A stretch of 63,643 nt of DNA, counting the filler, from Kipferlia bialata (taxonomy: Eukaryota), in the NCBI GenBank assembly GCA_003568945.1. It is 3 parts of 3 records of this genome, joined end to end, with 100 filler letters (N's around TTAATTAATTAA, not from the genome) between each part and the next. Parts side by side here need not be neighbours in the genome. Positions count along the whole stretch, not along the records: positions 42,503 to 63,643 come from BDIP01000337.1; 2 more parts are not named here. One strand, written 5' to 3'. A program made the translations under genes and the position numbers. Positions 54,781-63,643 of this stretch are shown piece by piece. The notes beneath the pieces are model-generated. The model ran no database searches. It had not been told where the DNA came from and saw only the letters and a list, made by a program, of their open reading frames with translations. Each line of letters starts with the position of its first letter. Within the stretch, counting starts at the first letter, position 1.

Positions 54781-54917
54781 TGCAGACGGTTTGGAACAAT
54801 GGTTATATTCGCCCTTCGGGGCTTACATCGGAGCTTTGCTCTGCATATCGAGAAGATCGTCGTTAACACCGACTCTTGACCTAAGGTGGTTCGATTCCAC
54901 TAGTCCGCAACATTTTT
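54781..54917 (+). ncRNA. Unclassified structured Pol III-type ncRNA candidate (tRNA/vault-RNA-like architecture)
   Basis: A-box TGGAACAATGG, GCCC-UUCG-GGGC tetraloop hairpin, GGAGC-UUU-GCUCU hairpin, T-arm GGUGG-UUCGAUU-CCACU (B-box), terminal stem UGCAGAC/GUCCGCA, T5 terminator. Confidence 0.6.
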
Positions 54918-54926
54918 AGGCCTATA

Positions 54927-55018
54927 GACGGGAACTCTAAGTATCGAGTTCAGTTCAGTTTAGAATTCAGATTTGTGGATGAGGGGTCCCGAGTTCGAAT
55001 CCGCCTCGTCACACTTTT
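54927..55018 (+). ncRNA. Second B-box-containing structured element (tRNA-derived/pseudo)
   Basis: Closing stem GACGGG/CUCGUC, hairpin GAACUC/GAGUUC, B-box GAGTTCGAATCC, T4 at the end. No valid anticodon stem. Confidence 0.4.
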
Positions 55019-55285
55019 CAACGAAAATGACTTGAGCCACAATTATCATTACATGAACCCCCTCTGGTCTTGGATGCAATAGATTACCCTCTGGTCTTGG
55101 ATGATTCGATTTCCAACTCTTGACGTTAGATTCTCCTCTTTACAACCTTTTGGTTGATTCTCTTTTGTTAATCAATGTACCAGTCTACTATATTTTTGGA
55201 CAAATGACATGCACTCTAGACTCACTATTAGGCTGAAAAATAATAAGGAGGATCTACAAAATAGAGTAGAACTTGTTAATCTATT

Positions 55286-55639
55286 CTACCAGTCCCCTAT
55301 GCTTCTAGGGGAGTCCTGCCAGTCACTCCTGACACTGTGGGCACTGTCAGCACGGGTGACTACCTAGGATGAGAGGTATATATATATATATATAGAGAGA
55401 GAGACACTATGAGCACTGTGGGCACTGTCGGCTCGGGTCACGACCTACACGGTAAGGATCATATATATATATATATATCTAAAATGAGAGAGAGAGAGAG
55501 ATAATACATATGGGCATACACAGCTACATATGCATATAATTATATATAACTACCTGTGGGCTACTGTTTGTCCTCTCACTGCTGACAGAGGGGTCACGCA
55601 GGGAGGAGGAGGCGTAGACCTGGGGTGTATAGGCATATG

Positions 55640-55674
<35 letters not shown>

Positions 55675-56215
55675 TGTACATATATGAGAGAGGGGTCACG
55701 CAGGGAGGAGGAGGCATAGACCTAGGGCGAGTGTGTATATATATACTCTTTCATTATATACCTGGCCTGGTAACCTACTGGGCCTGCTGACCTCTCTCAT
55801 GCCCATGTTCATCTGATATATACTATACTTATATATAGTATATTTATGTGTGTGTGTATAGATACCTGCCCTGGCAGCCTACTGGGTCTGCTCACTTCCC
55901 TCATGTCCATGTTCATCTGATATATTATACATACATATATATATGTATATATGTATATATACTCTTAATATATTACCTGGCCTGGTAACCGACTAGGTCT
56001 GCTGACTTCTCTCATGTCCATGTTCATCTGACTCAGGGTGCGCTCAGCAGTGCGGCTGGTGGTATGGGCAAGAGCCTAGGGTTAGGTATGTACACATATA
56101 TACATAAATAATTTCATATAGAGAGAGAGAGTGCGCTCAGCAGTGCGACTGGTGGTATGGGCTAGGGCCTAGGGGTAAGAGAGAGAGGATGCTGGACGGC
56201 AAGGATATCCGGGTT

Positions 56216-56255
<40 letters not shown>

Positions 56256-56347
56256 CCCATGCCTGGTGGTAGTTGGTTGGCAGACCCAGCTCCCTGGGGA
56301 CACCCTTGGTGTGCTTGGTCAGCTTCTTGGCCTGGGGAGTGAGTAAG

Positions 56348-56383
<36 letters not shown>

Positions 56384-57912
56384 GCCTTAAAATTATACAA
56401 TGAAAATACTTGGTGTGATTAGTAAGCTTCTTGGCCTGGGGTTATCTAAATATGTACTATACTCAATGTATATATAATTATTTAAGTGTATATACTTGGC
56501 GTGCTTGGTCAGCTTCTTGGCCTGGGGGTAAGAGTTACAATATGATATATATAAAGTAATATCAGCTGTAAATATGCACGATAACGAAATCCTTATACAA
56601 CAGAGCCAGTACCTGCTCATCTGTGCCAGAGACTGTCTCCATCCCCCCCCCCCCCAACCCCCCCCCCCTCTTTGTGTATGTANNNNNNNNNNNNNNNNNN
56701 NNNNNNNNNNNNNNNNNNNNNNNNNNNNNNNNNNNNNNNNNNNNNNNNNNNNNNNNNNNNNNNNNNNNNNNNNNNNNNNNNNNNNNNNNNNNNNNNNNNN
56801 NNNNNNNNNNNNNNNNNNNNNNNNNNNNNNNNNNNNNNNNNNNNNNNNNNNNNNNNNNNNNNNNNNNNNNNNNNNNNNNNNNNNNNNNNNNNNNNNNNNN
56901 NNNNNNNNNNNNNNNNNNNNNNNNNNNNNNNNNNNNNNNNNNNNNNNNNNNNNNNNNNNNNNNNNNNNNNNNNNNNNNNNNNNNNNNNNNNNNNNNNNNN
57001 NNNNNNNNNNNNNNNNNNNNNNNNNNNNNNNNNNNNNNNNNNNNNNNNNNNNNNNNNNNNNNNNNNNNNNNNNNNNNNNNNNNNNNNNNNNNNNNNNNNN
57101 NNNNNNNNNNNNNNNNNNNNNNNNNNNNNNNNNNNNNNNNNNNNNNNNNNNNNNNNNNNNNNNNNNNNNNNNNNNNNNNNNNNNNNNNNNNNNNNNNNNN
57201 NNNNNNNNNNNNNNNNNNNNNNNNNNNNNNNNNNNNNNNNNNNNNNNNNNNNNNNNNNNNNNNNNNNNNNNNNNNNNNNNNNNNNNNNNNNNNNNNNNNN
57301 NNNNNNNNNNNNNNNNNNNNNNNNNNNNNNNNNNNNNNNNNNNNNNNNNNNNNNNNNNNNNNNNNNNNNNNNNNNNNNNNNNNNNNNNNNNNNNNNNNNN
57401 NNNNNNNNNNNNNNNNNNNNNNNNNNNNNNNNNNNNNNNNNNNNNNNNNNNNNNNNNNNNNNNNNNNNNNNNNNNNNNNNNNNNNNNNNNNNNNNNNNNN
57501 NNNNNNNNNAGAGAGGGGGGGTGGGGGGGGGGGGGGGGGGGGGGGGGGGGAAGGATACTATACTAACCTGACTTTGGCTGCAGCCACTGGTACTCATAGC
57601 CCCCTGTTGCATGGGTAGGGCAGATGTAGGTGTCAGGTTCCAGTCCAAAGCTGAGTGTCAGAGATATATCACGCGACTAGTCAGGGAGGCAGTGCCTCCC
57701 GGAGGCACTCGAGAGAGAGACCCACATACATCTGTGCACACACAGAACCTGGAAATACAAATCCTGGTAACATAATATCATGCTGTCAGAAAACCATGAT
57801 GTCGCGTTGTAGTGTCGAAATGGATTTAGAGTGTACTAATGTAGGGCCAAACCAGCTACCTTACATCAGCGTTGGGGCACGAGAAGGTCGATGCACTAGC
57901 AGCGAACAAGCC
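55286..57912 (-). CDS. Hypothetical protein(s), spliced, interrupted by a gap
   Basis: FGLEPDTYICPTHATGGYEYQWLQPKS on the 5' side of the gap. METVSGTDEQ/AKKLTKHTKGVPRELGLPTNYHQ/ALAHTTSR.../VVTRADSAH...IGDW* on the 3' side. Continuity across the gap is unproven. Confidence 0.55.
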
Positions 57913-59003
57913 TAATAGCACCAGGTATATGCATACCCAGTGACGCATCTGAGACAGAGAGGCTACTGTGCACAAGAGACTCGAGTCAGTTGAGCATATG
58001 CGTAATTTTTGGGTTGCCCCCCTTTTAGTTTTCTTTACTACTCAGAACAAGACAGTCGCTCGTTCCACCGTCTATGGTACTTAACCAGGGAGGGCGGCTA
58101 GTCACAGCCGTTTATATCATTCATATATCAAGTTGCTTTGCGTAGGAATCCGTATTTGGACCCTTCTTTCCAGCAGAGACTGTCGCGCAGTGAGAAGCAA
58201 AGGTTTGACCCGTGAAGTCATATCCTCGGAGGCAGCGCAACTAGGCAGGATATGTGGAGTGCGTGGTTTCTAGCCACTGAGCAATGAAAGGTCTAGCTCC
58301 ACGCTACAATATGTGAGAGTCCGATTTCGGCTAGTAGAGATAGCCTAGCACTGTCACTGTCAAGGAGCTTTCCGATTGAGGAGATGAGGTCTCTTCATCA
58401 TGAAGTGGAGTAACACATACATCGTCCATGATAAGGAAGCCGAGCCAATAGGCCATTTTGCCTACAAGCAACACCCCATTCACACCTCAATATATGAATA
58501 CATCTCAAGTATTATTCTTGGCTTGATAGCCGCCCATGACATCGATTCTCAGTCTCGTGTACGGTCGCCGGTGAGTGACTGGCGACCTGCTGTCCCATCA
58601 TGTAAGAACATGATTCATGCTCTATGCAAGAGACTCTACGACGCCAACAGCTCTTCGATAAGATTGTAATATACAACAAAAATGCATATATATACCATTT
58701 GAACACATGGACTGCCAGTTCCCTGAGCTATCGGTGGTATATCGAGTATAAGTCAGTCTACTATTACAGGCAACGTCTACTAACACCTTGTGACTGAACG
58801 AAAAACAGAAATGCAAAATGAAGAGGTCTCTTATAGAGACCCTGTCCTACTGACGTAACGTGAACAGTATTTCGGCTCTATTCCTATCAGAGATATACTG
58901 CAATGAGTATGATCAGATAGACTACTCTATTAGTTCCCATTGGTCAGCCAATACCATGCAAATTCAAGTGCTCCACAGAATGTAACACTATGTCAGTGGG
59001 GTC

Positions 59004-59900
59004 TCACTCCTTCTGCCCCAAGATGGCGTTAGGTGGAATGATGCCCCATCTCATGTCTGGGTGTGGGTACACCAGGCCAGGGTCTAGATAGTGCAGCTGA
59101 TAGTGCTCACCTGGCCTGCCCGACCAGACTGCTAAGGAGGGGAAGAAGACACCGTCCTCACACTCGAAAGTTGTACTGTCATACTGTGTGATCTCGCCAG
59201 ATATGGTGTCTAATCCGTACCAGTCCCATTTGCCAGAGAAAGTAGTCGATAGAGTGACTATCAGGAGGAAGTGGCCAACGGCCATAGTCTGGCATCTGTA
59301 TACATGCCTTGGTAGTCTAGCCTCCTCAACCCACCCAGTTCTCTCGGAAAACGAGACTATCCTACTGTCTCGAGTGAAAACATATGCACGGGAACCCAGA
59401 CAACATGAAGGCGTACTAATATCGCTATCCACTGGGATCCTAAGTAACTTCCACTCCTCGTACCGTCTGTCCGGATCAAAGGTCCACATCTGCACACTAT
59501 TCCCTGATGCACCTCTGAACCAAACTCGCATGAAACAGCGGTCCTCAAGTGCAAACACGTCCCGACGTATCAACTGATCCAAATCAAAGGGATGTAGCGT
59601 GTGTACTCGAGAGACTTCCATAGAGTCCAGCTCTAGCTTCAGAAGGACACGGTTACAATCGCACGCGTACAACACGCCCCCTACTGTAAATGTAGAACGT
59701 GGTGCCTTGCAGAATAGGGCTGTGTGGTGCTCTATGACGTCAGATGCCCTCAGAGTCAGGGTGTGCATGTCTCCCGATACCACATCTAGGTAGGCCAGCG
59801 AGTTGGCACCAACCGTTGTGCCTTCGACTCGAGTAATTTCACACTCTGGTACAACTTGAGAGGTTGTGACATGTGCGCAGAACAGAGGGTTGTGTGGCAT
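59004..59900 (-). CDS. Intronless kelch/beta-propeller-like family protein, distant relative of the 39-41 kb pair
   Basis: 298-aa ORF. TFTVGGVLY, MWTFDPD...EEW and YGLDTISGE...LVYPHPDMRWG parallel YAYDTISG...MYPY...GWA in the pair. Confidence 0.75.
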   Translation of the reverse strand: MPHNPLFCAHVTTSQVVPECEITRVEGTTVGANSLAYLDVVSGDMHTLTLRASDVIEHHTALFCKAPRSTFTVGGVLYACDCNRVLLKLELDSMEVSRVHTLHPFDLDQLIRRDVFALEDRCFMRVWFRGASGNSVQMWTFDPDRRYEEWKLLRIPVDSDISTPSCCLGSRAYVFTRDSRIVSFSERTGWVEEARLPRHVYRCQTMAVGHFLLIVTLSTTFSGKWDWYGLDTISGEITQYDSTTFECEDGVFFPSLAVWSGRPGEHYQLHYLDPGLVYPHPDMRWGIIPPNAILGQKE

Positions 59901-60515
59901 GTAACGTCCAATATAGCGACTTAACTTGTTTCTGAGAAGGAACAGTGGTGTGTCTTGTATCTACTGCCACACACAATACGATATCACTCACGTGACGCCA
60001 TCTTTCACCGAGTACGGTGACCCTCAGTCGTTTCAAAGCTTGGATCCACTGCTGTAAAGTACAATTGGGATAGGTTGGCATGGCTCTAGAGTGCTACACT
60101 GTAGATTCATCTGAATGTGACATAGGACTGAGTATACTGTTTTTATATTTGTTATGTCTCGCTGACTGTCAAACAACTCTGGCAACTGATAGTGTACAAC
60201 AACAGACAGGCCAGCAAGAGAATTCCCAACTCCTCGACTAACGCGGAACGACATACAGCAACACTGTCGCCCCACCAACACAAAAGACACCACAACATAG
60301 CAACCGCCCTCTTCCCGACCCAAGTCCATAAGGGGAGGGGCTAATAAGTAGATACCGCCCTCTGACGGTAACGGGTCCGCCAACTATCGTTGAAGGACAC
60401 CCCAAAAGCACACAAAGCTTGGTAATAATGATACAAAATCGTCACAACGCAGTGCAGAAACGAGGGGTAGATACACCCCATCGCTATGCGCCACGGGACT
60501 CTGTGTGAATATAGT

Positions 60516-63500
60516 CTACAGCCACCTGTCCTGCTGTGACAGGACAGAGCAGCACCGGGGAGGGGGGGTGCCGCCTGGGGTGAGGGGATTGAGTATGAGA
60601 GAGAGTACATATATACTAGTATGTGTGTGAATACCTAGGCCTGTCCCCCCCACGAGGTCCTCTGTGAACTGGGACTCATCGAACACAGTGTCGCCATGAC
60701 CAGAGTACACCTGGAAGGTCTGGGGTCAGAGGGGGTACTAATATACACATATTCATATGCAGTGTAAGACCCAGGTGTATTCACACACATAAACATAAGC
60801 ATACATTGTACAGTAGCGTGTGTACCTCCTCGGGTGCCTTGGCCCCTGTGTCCCCCAGGAAGTCAGAGGGGTGGGGGTGGTCGGCTGAGGGTCAGAACAG
60901 AGAGTAGAGAACTTGTTTGGACATATCAAGTGTGGCACATAACTCTAAAAATGTAAATATGTATAGTGACTATCGTGTACCTGTCTCGAGGTCCTGTAGG
61001 GCAGCTAGGCCATCCTCCACTGGATGTAAGAAAGGTGATAGTGAGGGGGGACAGTGATATAAGACACAGAGTGAGAGTCACTCAGAGAGAGACATGGCTT
61101 CACTCACCCACGTCACCGTCAGGGAAGATGTCGGCGGCTCTCTGGCCAAGGGCAAGTCTAGGAGTAAGCAATAGGGTAGGGGGGGGGGGAGGGGGATAGA
61201 AACAGAGCATCCCAGTAGAGTGGTGACATAGTACATAATGACGCGTCTGTCGTTGCCCACCTTGAGTCTGGTCTGTCGACGAGTATACTGGACACTGCCC
61301 TGACATCGAGGCCGTCCAGCCCCACCCCTCTCCCCCTCCCTGCCCCCTTTCTCTCTCTCTGCCCCATGGTCAGCATAGATACCCCGGCTATGGACAGACC
61401 GCAGATGGAGGCACGGCGGGCCCTGTCTCGGTTGGGGCCAGTGCCGATGGTGTTCTGGGGTCAGGCATAGGTAGATGGATATACAAATACAGGTGTACAT
61501 ATAGAGGTGAGACACATACAAGTGAATGCTGTGCTACACACATAAAACAGGTGTAGTTCTAATAGTCACTCAGATATACCACGCACCCTTCTGTTTAGTG
61601 CCGGTGTGGGGTGTGCCGTGACTGTCCTGGACACGGCAGGGCACTTGCCAACCTGCGTCACACTGCCTAGGGGGTCAGACGGAGAGGGAGAGAGAGAGGT
61701 GTGTGAGAGAGAGAGAGTAGTAGGATTCACACTCCCAGAAGAATGAGGAGACGGAGAGGACTGTTCAGTTACGAGTATGCTTGTATGTACATTTGTCTAT
61801 GTGTCTTCCCTACCTGGGACAATGCCGTACATGGCCTTGGACTGGTTGGACATGGATGAGGATGGTCTGCGGGAGGGATCAGCATCAACGGCAGAGTGGT
61901 CTATCAGACGGCGGCTGGGGTGAGGGGGATGGCAGCATGAGAGAGAGAGAGAGGCAGGCCACGTACCGGCGAGTGTTGAGTGAGCGTGTGAGCCTGACAC
62001 CCGTGTCGTGTCTATCTCCATGTCTGTGTCCATGTCTGGACCCTACCCTGCTGGAGGGCCGGTCGTGGCTGCTCTCCTGGGGGTAAGGGATAGTCGTATG
62101 TATATAAATCAATATATACTGACACTGATACTATATGAAGTTGATCGTGGCTGCTGTCCTAGGTATTAAGTACACATACGTGTATATATATACACTATAT
62201 ATATAGTGTACCTTAGTGATGTTGGCGCAGCACCGCAGCTCCCTCTCCACCTCCAGGTCCAGCTCTCGGTCCTTGTCCTGCTTGTCTCTCTCTCTCTCTC
62301 TCTCCCTGTCTCTCTCCCTCTCCTCCTCATCTACCACAATGCTGTCTCCAAACCCTGACCCGATACTGCCAACCAGGCTGTCGCCGTCTCTCTCTCTCTC
62401 TCTCTCTGTCTCCATGACACTATCATCTGCATCGCCTAGGACTGACCCTAGCAGCACAGACTGGAACCCACTCGAGTTCAGGGGGGCAACACCGCTAAAG
62501 GAGAACTGACTGGGGGTAGAGAGGGGAGAAGAGTATAATACGCAGTGTAGGGAATAAGGATGCCTACCTGCAGTTGATGCTCTCTGTGATGCTCCCGTCC
62601 ATGTCGCTCTCCCTGCCTCTCTCTCTCTCTCTCTGCTTGCCTCTTTCAAGGGAGGTCAGACGCTGGAGTGAGGGTGTGTGGGAAGTATATGAGAACACAT
62701 ACTATACACACACATACATCTACTAGCATACCTGGCATATAGTGGACGCCGGCCTGACCACGTGTGTCCTCTCCCTGTTGAATGACCCACTGTCAGCCAT
62801 GCCGACTGCAGTGGAGGGAGAGTAGAAGGGTGAGGGAGGGGGCAGGGGGGACCCAGTACCGGGGGGGAGGGGGGACGCAGGGGCGGCATCTGGGGGTGAG
62901 GTTGTGACACGTACTCATACCATATACATACATATATATATATACATATGTCACCATGCCCCTCACCCTCCAGCCCGTCCAGGCTCTGATGGCTGTGTGT
63001 GTTGGACCTGACTAGGAAGGGACTGGCCACAACAGTGCCCTCGCCCAGGCTCAGCTAGGATGAGAAACATGCACTATACACTACTCTGAAGAGTATAGCC
63101 ACTTACTTGTAGTACACTAAAAGAGTGTAACACACAGTACCTGGCTTGTCCTCCCCCCCTCAATACCAGAGGCATAGAGACCAGACTGGGCCTGGGGGTC
63201 TGCCTCATTGTCCCCCTCCCCTGCCCTCTCTCTCTTCCTGCCCAGTGCCATGGCCATCGAGATGTCACCCACACTCTGGGGGTCAGAGAGGGAGGGGAAT
63301 ACATACACACCCACCCATATATATACTCATTGACAGACACACAGAGAGAGAGAGTGTGTGAGAGTGTGAGGGTGTGGTACCTGTGAGCGTGGCAGTGACT
63401 GAGACATAGACCTCTGTGTGTCTGTCCCTCTGTGGTATGAGGAGGTGGAGCCCATGGCAGAGGCAGCGGCCTTGCCTGACAGTTAGTCTCTTTCTCTCTC

Positions 63501-63591
63501 TCTCTCTCTATCTATGTATACATATATACACACACACACACATATATATATATACCCCACCTGATATGGCTGTGTTCCACATCCTACTCTG

Positions 63592-63600
<9 letters not shown>
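60516..63600 (-). CDS. Large low-complexity Ser/Pro/ER-rich hypothetical protein, 5' partial
   Basis: Series of GC-rich exons with CCCCAG acceptors and GT donors, e.g. SVGDISMAMALGRKRERAGE, ELERELRCCANITK-like and VYSGHGDTVFDESQF. Ends QQDRWL*. Confidence 0.6.

Positions 63601-63643
<43 letters not shown>

Noticed and set aside
54811..54862. U6 snRNA (GCCCTTCGGGGC 5' hairpin, GAGAAGAT)
   Set aside because: It lacks the ACAGAGA box, the AGC triad and the internal stem-loop.
54947..55012. tRNA-His(GUG)
   Set aside because: The anticodon stem around TTGTGGA does not pair and there is no canonical cloverleaf.
990..57648. Most ORF-track entries (YIYI/SLSL/ERER-rich and X-filled ORFs)
   Set aside because: They are translations of microsatellites, introns or N gaps.
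58120..60500. Mobile element around the 59 kb intronless ORF
   Set aside because: The flanks are microsatellite-free, but I found no TIRs, LTRs, TSDs or transposase/RT motifs by eye.

Overview
Eukaryotic, very intron-dense, (TA)n/(GA)n microsatellite-rich DNA using the standard genetic code. Branch points are fused to the acceptor (CTSAC/CTAAC-Cn-YAG), which suggests a free-living metamonad such as Kipferlia (inference). The window is three unrelated ~21.1 kb scaffolds joined by N-TTAATTAATTAA-N spacers (1-21160, 21261-42402, 42502-63643). Hand-spliced genes: a ~15 kb rifampin-phosphotransferase/PigC-like PEP-utilising enzyme flanked by two outward-facing paralogs of an 'MGTxG...HWDSYPxGLG' protein; a TauE/SafE-like membrane protein; ciliary RSPH4/6-like and CFAP99-like genes; a bacterial-type aryl-sulfate sulfotransferase; three intronless kelch-like family ORFs; and several hypotheticals. 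The strongest unexplained signal is that many introns carry stacked 'echo' copies of the neighbouring exon edge plus its splice site. In the cases read by hand these echoes differ from the real exon mostly at synonymous positions. There is also a non-coding island (53.7-55.0 kb) with Pol III-type structured RNA candidates, chained palindromes and a 26-aa sORF. Exon boundaries were read by eye, family calls rest on remembered motifs, and no searches were run.
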